Below, one piece after another: positions 12,306 to 26,200 of a stretch of DNA of 64,000 bases (positions within the stretch are counted from its first letter, which is position 1; each line of letters opens with the position of its first letter). The stretch covers positions 22,382,369 through 22,446,368 of the forward strand of contig JARFYF010000061.1 of NCBI GenBank assembly GCA_030265395.1, given 5' to 3'. This stretch comes from Rhina ancylostomus. Its lineage: Eukaryota. Made by a program: the position numbers and the translations under genes. A model generated the notes under the pieces. The model made no database searches and was not told where the DNA came from. It was given only the letters and a program-made list of their open reading frames with translations.

Positions 12306-14439
12306 GCACCATAAAGGTGTTCAGAGGCCAGTAGAGCTCCTGACATCGTCCTTTGGCTCTGTGTCACTTGAAGCATTTTTCTTTTGAAAGGCATGTGCAT
12401 AACCATGGCTGCTTTTTATCAATGTAAATTGGATCTCATAAATATATAAAACAGGCACAGTTCTGAGATGTGCACCAATATGCAAGTAAAAGAAAAATCA
12501 GGTCGATTTAAAGTGATGCACAACAAAGAAAAGGCACCAGTAAATCATGCAATCTTCAGATTGATTGCAGTGGCAGGGGTGTTTGACATGGGAAGGAGAT
12601 TTCAGGCATTTGCTGCACTTTTAGCTGCTCTGCTGCCACAATGCCACAACAGTGAAAACCAAGGCACTTTTGCTTCTTCCATTGCCAACAAGTGAGACAA
12701 TTTGATTCTGTTCAACTCAGAATAGCAGGCACTTGCTGCTGTTGGTTATGACTGTAAACTTATGATAAGAAGGCATTGAAGAGAAAAGCTAACAAAGACT
12801 TCCTTCTGATCAGATTACTGCCCATACCTTTTCACCAGCTCTGCCTGGAACAACCAATACAAACATACATAGTTCACATTTTGAAGTAAAGTGGACTTTT
12901 TGGTTTTGAACTTCCTTTCCACCACACTCCAGTGACATCAGTTCCATCCCTGAGCTGCTCCATTCATTTCATCTGGGTTTGGAAACTTCAACCCAAACTG
13001 GGAATTTATCCAAACCTACAGATTTCAGAAAAATTACCACAGGTATTTGCATCAATAAACCTGATGGCTCTCAGTTCACTGAACCAATAACCATGATCTC
13101 CAAGGACCCTGAACAAGTGTGCAGGGCGGGGAAGGGGATACCTTTTGGAAGATAAATAATGAAATTAGATTCAATTTTGAAGAAAACCACATGATGCATA
13201 AACCAAGAATTCAGGCACGTAATTTCCACTTGAATGAATGAAAAATCATGGGATGATATCTGCCTTAAATCCTGCTTTAATGTGTATTTCTGGCCATTAT
13301 GAAGCTCACAGCATAGATTGTAAAAGACAAATCTGTACCTGATTCTTTCTTTTCAACATACCGTCCGTGTTCATATTCACTTTGTTTCATTCCTATTCTT
13401 ACCTTATCTCCATTACTATAAACGATCCAAATTATTCTCATAAAAAATGTGAGATTTTAATATTATTTATTGTTGATGCTTGACTCTGGAGCACCTCTGC
13501 ATTCCAGAAACTGGCTCCTTGTTATAAATGGGCAATGAATGTAAAATGCATTGTGAATTCAGCCAAAGAATTGTCAGAGAAAAAGCCAGCTGGATGATAA
13601 AAAGCTTTGCAAATACAAATGTTTCATTTTATTTTATAATTTACAATTAATGATTTAAGATTATATTTAATGTAATGATTATAATTATGTTGAACAATGA
13701 TTATTTTGGCTCAAGCTCTGTGCTCCATCTTCCATCATTGTTCTGCAAATTTCAGTATGAGGGATGCGTTGAACATTATTGTATGCAGCATTTGTACTTT
13801 ATCATTTTCTTTCTACGACGACTATAAATACAGTCCCCAAACAAGGTGTTATCCCCAATCCAGATTGAAATTCAATCTGATGACACCCATAGGAATTGTT
13901 TGAATGTGTTTGCTGGCTTAAAAATTACAGCCCATAAATCATCACCCAAGGAAACCTGAGTGACTTTTGTTTAAGAATGTAGGATCATTTAGCATCAATA
14001 CAGTTGGAAACTAAGCTACTTACTGACTTTTTATGCATGCTGCAGATCTTATTTCAATTTTAAGCATCTCCTTGACTAATCTTATTACATTTATTTGGTT
14101 TCCGTTTCTCTCTAACAGTACGGCTGTTCGGTGACTTCAATTTGCAATTTTTTTTAATCCCAAGGTAAAGCCTTTAACCATAAGTTCAGTCATTTACTGC
14201 ATTCTTCCATTCAAGGTTACATAAACCAGACTTTCAGGGGATCATATAACATATCTATAAATGTTAATAAATAGGATTTTATTGGTATTTCATCATAGCA
14301 TTTGTCTGAAATAATGAATTGCAATCTTTACTATGTGTCCATCTGAGTGGAATGAATTTGGGATATATTTCTTACAATTAGAAGATTAAGGGGTAATCTA
14401 AGTAGATTTTTTTTAGGTGATTGTAAAATATAAATTAGA

Positions 14440-14655
14440 CCAAAAGAAACTAGAAATAAAAACAGAACATTCAGCAGCTTAGGCAGCATCCATGGAATGA
14501 GAAGCAGAGTTTATGTTTCAGGTCGAAGACAAAGTTCTGATGAAGGGTCTTCAATCTGAGGCGTTAACTCTGTTTTACTTTCCCCAGATGCTCTCTGTCC
14601 TGCTGAGTGCTTCTAGCATTTCCTATTTTCATTTCAGATTTCTGCGCAGAGTTGC
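14440..14655. mobile_element. Penelope-like terminal inverted fragment with degenerate hammerhead core
   Basis: Inverted arms flank gttCTGATGAagggtc at 14537. Confidence 0.65.
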
Positions 14656-15014
14656 ATTCATAGCGTCACGGAGGAACACAGCACGGAAGCAGGCCCTTCA
14701 GCCCACCGAGTCTGCACTGACCATCAACAACCTGCACTAACCCTACATTAATCCCATTTTTAATTCCCCCCACATTCAAGTTTAGATTAGATGTGGGTCG
14801 TTCAGTGGTGAAATCAGGAACGTTCTTCATTAAAGTGCAAATGAGGTTTGGTGTCAAGAGTGTCACAAGGTTAATGAGGGAACCAAATCTGCTGTACAGT
14901 TCGGGTCAGAGGTAAAACAGGCTTTAAGATGTAATGGAGGTGGGGGTGAGCAGATGAGAGAATAAAAGAGAAGGTCTGTGATAGGGTGGAAGACAGGAGG
15001 GACTACAGGGTGAT

Positions 15015-15161
15015 GGAGTCATAGAGTCACGGCATAGAAACAGGACCTTTGCCTCCCCCAACCCCACCCCCCAACCTGAGTCCTCGCCAATCATTAACCA
15101 CCCATTTGCATTAATCCTACCCTAATTTTTTTTACATCAATGTCCCCACATTACCCCCCCA

Positions 15162-15235
<74 letters not shown>

Positions 15236-15830
15236 NNNNNNNNNNNNNNNNNNNNNNNNNNNNNNNNNNNNNNNNNNNNNNNNNNNNNNNNNNNNNNNNN
15301 NNNNNNNNNNNNNNNNNNNNNNNNNNNNNNNNNNNNNNNNNNNNNNNNNNNNNNNNNNNNNNNNNNNNNNNNNNNNNNNNNNNNNNNNNNNNNNNNNNNN
15401 NNNNNNNNNNNNNNNNNNNNNNNNNNNNNNNNNNNNNNNNNNNNNNNNNNNNNNNNNNNNNNNNNNNNNNNNNNNNNNNNNNNNNNNNNNNNNNNNNNNN
15501 NNNNNNNNNNNNNNNNNNNNNNNNNNNNNNNNNNNNNNNNNNNNNNNNNNNNNNNNNNNNNNNNNNNNNNNNNNNNNNNNNNNNNNNNNNNNNNNNNNNN
15601 NNNNNNNNNNNNNNNNNNNNNNNNNNNNNNNNNNNNNNNNNNNNNNNNNNNNNNNNNNNNNNNNNNNNNNNNNNNNNNNNNNNNNNNNNNNNNNNNNNNN
15701 NNNNNNNNNNNNNNNNNNNNNNNNNNCACGGGAAGAACATGCAAACTCCATGCAGACAACACCAGGGGTCAAGAATGAATCCGGGTCACTGGAGCGCGAG
15801 GCAGCAGCCCTACTTGCTGCACCTCGGTCA
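15015..15830 (-). mobile_element. V-SINE containing an (AC)n microsatellite and a gap
   Basis: cacgggaagaacatgcaaactccatgcagac (V-core, reverse) at 15727 and SINE tail at 15015-15160. Confidence 0.7.
15164..15235. repeat. (AC)n microsatellite, 36 units visible, running into a gap
   Basis: Directly visible. Confidence 0.98.
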
Positions 15831-16394
15831 TGTATCAGCTGGAAGATGATGTCCTCTTTGTTAACTTACATTGAACTTCATTCTGCAGGAAGGTCATTGA
15901 CCTGAAACACTAACTCTGTGTCTTTCACCTCAAATGTCACCTGCCCCTCTGAGTATTTCCAGTGTTCATTTCAGATTTTATTTGCTTACTTATTGTGGTA
16001 CAGAAGGAGGCCATTCAGCCCATAGGGTCAATGTCGACCCCTAGCAGAGCGATCTGATCACTCCCACTCTCTTGCTCCTTACTTCCCTGCAACTTACAAA
16101 TCAAACAATTCCCCTTTGATTTTTTGTACCCCATACCTACAATAAGGGGTAATTTACAGTAGCAAATTAACCAGGTAAGAGAACTGCTCCGTATTTTGCA
16201 GCTAGATAAAAGTGTGGCTTGTCTTAAATACATTGAAGAAAGGGAGCTTATGAAATTATTAAATTATAGAAGTCAAACACCTAGGCTGGATATATCATTT
16301 TAGAAATATTATAATTAAACTACTTGTTTGGCAGCATTATACAAATTTATCATGAAAAAGTTAAAGATTATATTGCGATCCCAGAAAGAAAGAG

Positions 16395-16850
16395 TAAGTT
16401 ACCTAAAGCTGGAGAATTCAATATTGAGTCCTGCAGCCTGGAATGTGTCCAGATGCAATGTTGGGCTTCAGTGTAACAGTGCTGGAGGCCACAGACAGAG
16501 AGGTCTTTTTGCCTGCTATCACCTTTGTTCCTGAGTGTTCAGGCCTACTGGGACACAACACAACATGACACACACTTTATGGCGTTAGCAACACATTATA
16601 CAGGCAAAGGAGCCCAACTACTCCTTAATGACAATGTTGTTTGTCCCTATCAGAGAACTTCTCTTTACACACGTTGCACTCCCCCTCCATCTCTGCTACC
16701 CAGACTAACTTGTCACTTTCTTTCTTAGTTCTGATGAAGAATCCTCGACCTGAAATGTTAACTGACTCCCTTTTCACAGATAACGCCTGACTTGATAAGT
16801 TTTTGGTTTTATTTCAGATTTCCGTTGTCTGCCGTGTTTTTTTCATTTTC
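16395..16850. mobile_element. Penelope-like fragments: endonuclease C-terminus (minus) and terminal repeat with hammerhead core (plus)
   Basis: gttacctaaagctggagaattcaatattgagtcc matches 20012-20050; CTGATGA...GAAA at 16731-16755. Confidence 0.65.
16726..16763 (+). ncRNA. Degenerate minimal type I hammerhead ribozyme motif (PLE-associated)
   Basis: AGTT-CTGATGA-AGAATCCTCGACCT-GAAA-TG-TT-AACT; stem I AGTT/AACT intact, stem II mismatched. Confidence 0.5.
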
Positions 16851-17084
16851 ATTTACTGTTGAATGATCTGGCAGATGTTCATTTATTGGTTCCAGTGGAA
16901 GTACATGATAGATAGATAACCTTCTCTGAGTAGCAGATGTTAGATAGTTCTCTGAAGGGTTAGCCTTATCAGGCCAGATTCTGTGGATAGGAAGGTTGGA
17001 GGGTTCTTTGAGAGGATGTGTTAGATAGCTTGAATTATTCCCTTCATCTGAATTTATGTTTGAAATTGCCTCATAATTTTGCAG

Positions 17085-17212
17085 GATACTATTGTTGGAT
17101 TCTGCAAGACTTCAAGTTCAGAATATCACAAGGCAAGATGCTGGTCTTTACAGCTGTACAGTTACCAATGAACTGGGAACAGATACTGAAACCTCATTAT
17201 TATTGTATTCAG
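17085..17212 (+). CDS. adamtsl3: Exon: C-terminal half of Ig domain (ILLLDSARLQVQNITRQDAGLYSCTVTNELGTDTETSLLLYS)
   Basis: Acceptor ttttgcag|G, donor AG|gtgagt, Ig I-set motif DAGLYSC..TN..G; phase 2 to 1. Confidence 0.92.
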
Positions 17213-20200
17213 GTGAGTTGAGTGTTTGGCTATTGAAATTATGTCTTAAAAGACATTTTCTGGAACTATTTAGCAGAAAATTCCTTGGATTCTTACAAAT
17301 ATCCAAATCCAGGTAAATATTTAACTGTATTTATGAAAGTGATTGAACTTGTTTCTGCTACGTTGGGGACCTTTTCATCAAATTATTGATTAATTTCATG
17401 TTGCTACTTAAGTGAGAAAGTGATCCATCAGATGTGATGGCAGAATTGTTAACTTGTCTTTTATTCACTCAATATAACTGTTAATAAAAGTCTTTACTCA
17501 ATAGAAATTGCAAAGGATGAGCACTGGTTAAACTGTGTGCGAGGTGAGAGCTAGGCTCCGCACACACTCCTAGGTAACTCTTGCAGGTAGGTGGGCTCTA
17601 AGCACCTCGGTGTACGTCAGCCTAGGTCATGGTCATCACCCTAGTTCATGATCATCAACCTTTATCTAAAGACTGCTCAGTAGCTCATTGAAATAAAATC
17701 TTGTGTGCTACTGGTTCTCGGTCCTCAGGCAAACTTCCTCCTGGCTTGGCTGGAGTCCACTCAGGTGTGGTGATTCACCACATGTACAGACTCCTCTTTC
17801 ACAGCCCTCTAACCTTTGCAAAATGCTGAGAAGCAAGGTGGCTGAGGTGAGCACCAGTGACTTCTTCCTCTGTGGTGTGGGGAAACCTCTCTACTGAAGC
17901 CCAGGTATCTGCAATGAGAAGTGAGGGGGAAAGATGAGTAGGGGAAGCTTATTTAAACCATGTGAATGTGAAAAGGAATGAACATTCTGGTGTGAGTCAT
18001 AAAACAAAATGAAAATGGGAAAATGAACTTGCTGTTCTTCTCAATGAGCCAGAGCCATGATAGCCAGTGCCTTCCCCGCAAGCAGATAAGCCAGTGGAAC
18101 AGAGGAACCCCTCCAGTATGGCATTGCTCTTACCTTCTGCAGGAGGAAGAGGGATCGTGTCGGCAGATGTGAGGCAATGTTTGTGGATGGTATGGCTGAT
18201 GTGGTTGAATGGGTGGCAGCATGTGTAAGGTTTGTCATGACGATGATGTTGTCAGAATAGCAGTTAGTTTGTAACTGCAGAGGTGCATGCAGTGCCAGCT
18301 GGGATTTGTAGATATTGCCACTGAACTTGACCACACTTGTGAGATCATTAAAGTTTTTACAACACTGGGACCACGTCCTTGAGAACTCACTGCTGCCATT
18401 AATCTCGCTGGCCAGTTGTTCCCACTGGCAGTTGATTTCCATCCTTGGTGACTTTCTTGATTCCCTGGTGTGCAGGATATCTCTTGATCCCATGTCAGTA
18501 CAACTTGTCTGTTATCAGTGATGACCAAGCTCCAATGGTTGGCTTCAGTGATCACCTGTCCCTTAAAGGACATCTTAGTTAACACTGGTTGGTTCTTTAT
18601 TAAGCATTATTGAAGTTACTAGCAGCTAATGTGCATCAATAGAAATTTCACAATTATCATCACCCAAGTACACAAATCCTTGCAAAAGATCCTTACCCAA
18701 GAACCACACTCTGTCAGCAGCAGGACAAACTGCCAAACGTACCCAGCAGTGCCACATATTTTTCTAGACAATTGAATTTCAGACCCATTACATATTATGA
18801 CCAAAATGAAAACAAATTCCAGCAATGTTCAGCAGGTTAGATGAAAGAACAGAGTTAAAGTTTCAAGGCAGTGACTTTTTATCTTTCCAAAGATGCTAGC
18901 TGACCCTTTGTTGACCTGCCAGCATTTCCTATTCACATTTCAGCAAAAGTTCTTCTGTTTTTTGTGCACTATGTTTGGAAGTTCAGATTTTGTTTTAGAT
19001 TTCCAGTAATGCACAGCTTTTCTTTTCAGTTGTTTTACATTTTCTGCTAACGGTTCAGCCATGACAAGCAGATTCGCAAACACTTCCTTTCAATCCATGA
19101 ACAATAAGAAAAGCTCAGAGTGAAATAAGATCCAGGGATACTTCACTCATTATGCCTGTCCATGGCAGCTTGGTGTTGGCAATCTTCTTTAAGTTCTCTT
19201 CAATTCAGGCGGAGGGAATTAGTATCCTGCCATTCTGGAGCTACACAGTGTTGGTTTAAAAGGCATGTGGTAGATTCCAGTGAACTTTCAGGCATTTCCG
19301 AAGTATGGGGAATCCCTGATTCAGGTCAGAGAACTGATTTCTCTGGAAAAGAAATCAACTTGGCTCAGTGACTGAAGTGAAAGGTGATACCTCTCAAGAC
19401 ACCTTGAAAATGACCATAGCATTTTTACCAAATCAGACCTAAGCTCACAAGGTTAGGTTTTCATATCATTAGGACACACTTGGCTTAATTTAGCAGTGAC
19501 ATTATGCTCTGGTGTATTCAGTGATATTAGCCTGGCTGTGATAGATAACGCTTCTCCATCTGTTGTAGAGATCTGCATAGCTCAAAAATTCATTGTTCCT
19601 GTGGGCCTTCAAACTAAGCTTTTGGAATTTTTGGTTCCTATTCTATGAATGAAAGTAAGTCTGGTGGTCTGTAGGAAGCTGATGCATGTTTAGAACCAAT
19701 GCACAACCTGACATATATTGTATAATAGCAGACAAAAGAGACTGCAGATGCTGGAATCTGGAACAAACTCAGCAGGTCAAGTAGCATCCGTGGAAACAAA
19801 AGTGTATGTTGATGTTTTAAGTCAGGACCCTGCATTAGGACTGAGGGAAGATGAAAGATTACCAGTATAGAGCAGCGTGAGGAAGGGTGAGACAGAGGCT
19901 GGTAGGTGATAGATGGAACCAGAGGGGGAAGGGAATGGAGAAGGTGAACAATGGGAGAAAATGCCCAGGTGGACAGGTAAGTGTCTGTGGGAGAAGGACT
20001 CTGTGGGTGTGAGTTATCTGAAACTGGAAAATTCAGTGTTCATACCAGTGGGCTGTAAGCTCCCCAAATGGAATGTGAGAGGTCATTCTTCCAATTTGCT
20101 TTTGACCTCCCCGCAGTAATGGAGAAGGCTGAGAACAGACAAGTTGGTGTGGAAGTGGGAAGGAGAATTAAAATGACCTGCATCTGGAGAGCTCCAGATG

Positions 20201-23200
20201 GCCATTGTGGACAGAGCACAGGTGTTCTGCAGAATGGTCGCCTGGTCCTCGATTGGTTTCTCCAGTGTCGAGGAAGTCAAGTTATAAACCCGAAATATGT
20301 GAGGTCTCTATCAACTATGGGAGAGGTGAAGCCATGTTTCAAGAAGAAGGAGGACATTTCAGGACCCCTGGAGTAGAAGGCCTCATCTTGAGATGCGGCA
20401 GAGTTGGAGAAACTGAGATAAAGGGATGGCATCCATGCGGGAGGCAGGGTGGGAGGAGGTATCGACAAGGTACTTATGGGAGGCAGTGGGTTTATAGAAG
20501 ATGTCCACAGCAAGTCTGTCTCCTGAGAAGGAGACAGAGAGATCCAGAAAAGGAAGTGTCAAAGACTGTTGAGTTTGAGGGCAGGATGGAAATTGGTGAA
20601 ATAAGTGACAANNNNNNNNNNNNNNNNNNNNNNNNNNNNNNNNNNNNNNNNNNNNNNNNNNNNNNNNNNNNNNNNNNNNNNNNNNNNNNNNNNNNNNNNN
20701 NNNNNNNNNNNNNNNNNNNNNNNNNNNNNNNNNNNNNNNNNNNNNNNNNNNNNNNNNNNNNNNNNNNNNNNNNNNNNNNNNNNNNNNNNNNNNNNNNNNN
20801 NNNNNNNNNNNNNNNNNNNNNNNNNNNNNNNNNNNNNNNNNNNNNNNNNNNNNNNNNNNNNNNNNNNNNNNNNNNNNNNNNNNNNNNNNNNNNNNNNNNN
20901 NNNNNNNNNNNNNNNNNNNNNNNNNNNNNNNNNNNNNNNNNNNNNNNNNNNNNNNNNNNNNNNNNNNNNNNNNNNNNNNNNNNNNNNNNNNNNNNNNAAG
21001 TGACAAGTTCCACACAAGTACAGGAAGGAGCACCAATGCAGTCATCAATGTAGTGGCTTAATTGCAGTGTAAATTGCTCATCAAATGGTCCATATACAGG
21101 AATATGCTTCAGGAATGTGATCTCACTCAAGTTTTTTTTCTCTCTTAAATTTTAAAGCAAGATAGATAGACTTCAGTCAGTGCTGCTGAATAAAAACAGC
21201 CGTGTTTTGAGCCAAGGCCAGACAAAGATAAGTAGCTGCAAGGTTTTAAGGTGTCTATAAATACAAGGTGTATCAGATGTCCTGCTTCAAACCTGGGAAT
21301 ATGAAACAAGTATGGATATTTTCGAAGGACAAGCACTTTGACAGATTTTAATAGACTTGGTTTCATTTGTCTCCAAAGCACTATCTGTAACTTCAGCATA
21401 ATGACTTTCCACCAATGTTTCATATTAAATGACAACATTTAAAAGTCGTGTGGCAATTTAATAAAGTTTTACTTTCTTTATGGTTTTATTTAAATCAGCA
21501 GTCAAATTTATGCTTAGCACATTGTGTTGAAGTATCATCGACTCTAATGTTACATAGCTTTGTAACCTATGCAAATTCTGTCTTGTTGATATGTCACAGA
21601 AGCCCCAGCCATCAAATTTTCCAGAGAAAGTATCATAAACCTGACAACGTGGCACATAACAGCTGTTGTTGGAAGTGATTTATTGGCCAGACTTGGGGCA
21701 ACAATAATCATTAATTGCCCAGTTGAAGGTAAATGAAAGAGAAGGATTATTTGTAACATTTATGTAATAGAGTAGTGTATTATTAGATTATACAATTGTA
21801 GTTGCTTTCCATGCAGGCGACCCGTGAAGCCTTGCACCAAATGTCTGACGATCCTGTGCATTAGGTCTCAATCTTCGCAACTTTCCCAGTTTCATTTTAA
21901 ATGTTTAGCTCTTTTAACAAATATTCTGGATGCTGTTTCCACCACTGTTTCTGATAGGGCACTCTGATAAGGCCTAACGATTGCCAGCAGAAAATAATTT
22001 CTTCTCACCATTTGTTCCTTTGCTGAAGATTTTTATTCCCTCTGGTTACTGACTCAAATGGAAATAATTTTCCTGAAGATCTCTATCAGATTATTTAAGT
22101 TTCTCGTTGATATATATTACAATACAACTCTATTTTAAAAGTTCTTCATGACTGTTAAGCACGGGAGTGTTGCAAAAGCTGTGGAAAGCAGTATATAGTT
22201 TGAAGTCTTTCTTATTAATACTTTTTATATTAATGAGCTTTAGTTTGTCTATCATTTTAATGAAGACTTTGTCTGATAGCTTGATCACCATTCCATTATA
22301 TTCGGCTTTAACAAAATAAATAGTGCCTTCCACTACTTAACATTGTTGAAACTCTGTATGGCACAAAATAGAATGCTTCACTTGTAAGCCTTGTTTTATA
22401 AGCAGACTGTTCTGCAATCATGAGTTTTCTGAGTCAGTATTGTGTTATTTGTTTCAACAGGTGTCCCTGAACCAATGGTTATTTGGCAAAAAAAAGATGG
22501 TCCGTTAGGAAATAATTCTGTTCAACTTCAAAATGGATCTCTGGCACTGACGAATACAACACTTGCAAATCAAGGAATGTACACTTGTACGGTCTCAAAT
22601 GAAATTGGACAAGCAACTATGTCAACAGTCATTAAACTAACTGGTAAGTTCTCACATTATTAACCAATACACAGTTTAGTGATATGAGACCAATTTCCAC
22701 CCATTGCCAGCTAGAGAAAATCAGAAAGAATTTAATTCCCAAGCTATTCTCTTGTGCTTTATAATGTTCAATTTTAAATTGTGTTTGGTAGAAACTTAGG
22801 TCAGGGTTGGAGATTGAATCAAAAACACAACTTTAACAGGTCATTTAACAGGCCATCAGAGGATTGGGAAATCACCATTGTATCATTTAAAACCATATAA
22901 TTATTATTATATGAAGTAGTTACACAGAGTAATAGAGCACAGAAACAGGCCCTTCAGCCCAACTCGTCCATGCTGACCAAGGTGCCTTCCTGAGCTAATC
23001 CCATCTGCCTGCGTTTGGCCCAAATCCCTCTGAACCTTTCCTATCCATATTTCTTGGGAAAGTTACNNNNNNNNNNNNNNNNNNNNNNNNNNNNNNNNNN
23101 NNNNNNNNNNNNNNNNNNNNNNNNNNNNNNNNNNNNNNNNNNNNNNNNNNNNNNNNNNNNNNNNNNNNNNNNNNNNNNNNNNNNNNNNNNNNNNNNNNNN

Positions 23201-26200
23201 NNNNNNNNNNNNNNNNNNNNNNNNNNNNNNNNNNNNNNNNNNNNNNNNNNNNNNNNNNNNNNNNNNNNNNNNNNNNNNNNCAACGGTGGTGGAGGCAGAT
23301 ACGATAGGATCTTTTAAGAGACTGTTGGATAGGTACATGGAGCTGAGAAAAATAGAGAGCTATAGGTAAGCGTAGTAATTTCTAGGGTAGGGACATGTTC
23401 GGCACAGCTTTGTGGGCCAAAGGGCCTGAATTGTACTGTAGTTGTTCTATGTTTCTAAAAATATCTGGGAATATTTGACTCTTTGTTGAAGTCTATCTCC
23501 CACTGACCTGCCATAGAACTTGTACACAAAATGCACTGATAGAAGGTGGTTGCTTTTACCACCCTGTTGAAGAAGGAATATTGTAACTGGAGGCAAAATT
23601 GGGAGAGTTAAAAATAGAATTTGATAAAATTAAAAAAACAATTCTCTCATCTATTTTAGAGTCAGGACCTGCTCCACAGACTGTGGCATTCCACCAAACC
23701 AAAGGAAAAAAACGTGTCTTAATGGCATCAAAGGTTGGCACGCTGATTACAGTTAAACAAGGGGATGTGTTACGTATGGGTGAGTTTGTGTTTTCCTTTT
23801 TTACAATACGTATAGTCAAACCACTTTCAGTGGTTTATATTTTAGAAATATTAAATCTGTTATGACGCTCGTTGGACCCAATTAGTACAAATTACAGCCA
23901 AACCTCTGTCTATTTTTAGAATCCTTTTTGGCTCCAAGGAAATAAATGTCTGGAAGACGTCAGAAAAAGAACTGTATTGCAGGAGCCAACTTTAAATCAG
24001 TTCTGAATAGTTAAGAATGAATGCAAATCTTACCAGAATTGTACAAAACAAAACATAATCAATTCTTCACAGTCTGAATTGGACCCAAAGTGGTAACTGG
24101 TGGTGGGATCTGAGGAGTTGAGAACAAAGGGGAAGAGCAGATGAGGAGAACATAAATTCTGGAGGTGGAAGTTCGTTGTTGCTTGATTGCACCAAATGCA
24201 CAATGTTGTGGTGACTGCACATTGTGTTCCACTTCTGGAGTTCAATTCCATTGATTTAAAGCAACCAAGGATGAACTTCTGCATCCATGAGGAGATTGGA
24301 ACAAATTTTAATCCACTGACAACTGTTTACAATGAGGGTGTTATGGTTCTGAGTTCTGGCTCTCAATTTGGCTCCATTAATGCCTTGTTGTCCAGCACAT
24401 GGATTGATTCCATGCTGGACTGATTACATAACAATACACACCTGAGCCCCATCAGGGGCCTAGCATAAGTACCTGTGTCTCTCTGGCACTAGTTGCTAGA
24501 GTATTGGTCTATTTTTGGCTCCTAGTTGCTTAGAGTGGACTACTCTAGAGCAGTCCTGTGTTCTCTATTCCTTTTTGAAGATCCAGTTTGTGTTGGGATT
24601 CCTCTTCAGATCTCTGNNNNNNNNNNNNNNNNNNNNNNNNNNNNNNNNNNNNNNNNNNNNNNNNNNNNNNNNNNNNNNNNNNNNNNNNNNNNNNNNNNNN
24701 NNNNNNNNNNNNNNNNCTGTGTTTGTCCTGAGGAAGTATCCTGACTTCTGTGAGTTTGCTCAACATTGTGACAGAGGGTGGGACAGGGGAGGAGAAATAA
24801 TCATTGTGAGCAAAAATGAAGGGATGGGACACCGATTTTATACATTCAAAATTCCCAGATGGTGGATCAGCCCATCAGCTGCTACATTTTGGAAATCTCC
24901 TGGTGTGGAGGTGGAATTCTGTGAGGAAGTTAGAAGGCTGGCCCTTCTTGTAACTTTTCAATACTAATCTGGTTGTTAAGATTTCACTCAATTCAGCAGG
25001 TTACTTCTCCATGTGCAAGTGTGAGGGAACCAATAGGTTTTTGTTATTGTTTGTGGGAAGTAGGCTTCACTAATGAGGTCAGCATTTATTGTCCAATGGA
25101 CAGCTTGTTACAGCTGTCCAGAGACCAAGTTTTTTTTCCAGGTGAAACAGCAATTTATTTGTACTAGTTTAAGTCAAGTAAACTGTATTCACTGTTCACA
25201 ATCTTTCCCCCTCTAAAAGGGACACTGAATGCAGACAGGATGACAGCTTTACAGAACATCACCAGTTAAACTGCAAACCTGACCTAAATCTCTGCTCACT
25301 TCTCATTTGAATCCTGTGCCTCACACTCATTCTGCTCTAACTATTTTACATCAGTGAAATACAATTTAAGCTACAGGAATAGCACCTCATCTTTTGATCA
25401 GCTTCTCTTCAGCCTTCTAGATTTAAGATTGAGTTCAAAGAATTCAGAACCTCAGTGCCAGTGACCCAGGTTCAATCCTGACCTCTGGTGCTGTCTGTAT
25501 TGAGTTTGCATGTTCTCCCTGTGACCTTGTTGGTTTCCTTCCACATCACAAAAATGTGCTGGTTGGGAGGCTAATTTTATGCATTAAGTTGTGCATAGTG
25601 TGCAGGTGAATGGTAGAATCTGAGTGAGAGTTGATGGAAATGTTGGGGTAAAATGGACTAGTGTAGAATTAGTGTAAAGCTGGGTGTTTGATGGTTTGTG
25701 TAAACTGAAGGGGCTGTTCCCACACTGTTTCTCTGTATGATTGTATGAGGACTGTTGCTCTTGTTTTTGCTGGCCAATTTTTGGTAATATTATCACTGTG
25801 CTCATTCACAACTCTTTTCTTCCATTGTCTATTGACCCCTTACATATCTTTTACCTTACACCATCGCTTCTTGCATCATTTAAATCTCTCCTGACTTCCT
25901 TGTGTCCGTTTTGTACTTTTCCGCACTCCCCAATTTCTCTTCCTCAATGCTTAGTTAAAGCCTGTTAACTCTAAACTTTTTCTAGTTCTGATGAAACGTT
26001 ATCAACCTGTAATGTTAAATTGCTTCCCTCTCCATGGATTCCACCTGACTGCTGAGTATGTCCAGCATTTTCTGTTTTACTTCTAGCTTTCCAACATCTA
26101 CAATGCTTTACTCTTGTACAGTTTCCTACATTTATATAAAATGATCTTCCTTTAACCCATTTTTAACCCCTGAGCTACTGCAAACATTTTAAGTTTGTTC

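Noticed and set aside
15137-15778. Long ORFs (about 200 aa) in the ORF track, and similar X-rich ORFs elsewhere
   Set aside because: Artefacts of N gaps and the (AC)n repeat.
1-17084. Search for the upstream phase-2 exon (first half of the Ig domain)
   Set aside because: No exon with an Ig C...W.KDG pattern and a matching donor was found; it is probably upstream of the window or hidden in a gap.
24030-24960. Possible ancient LINE or LTR coding remnant
   Set aside because: Only vague motif hints; a family call cannot be supported by eye.
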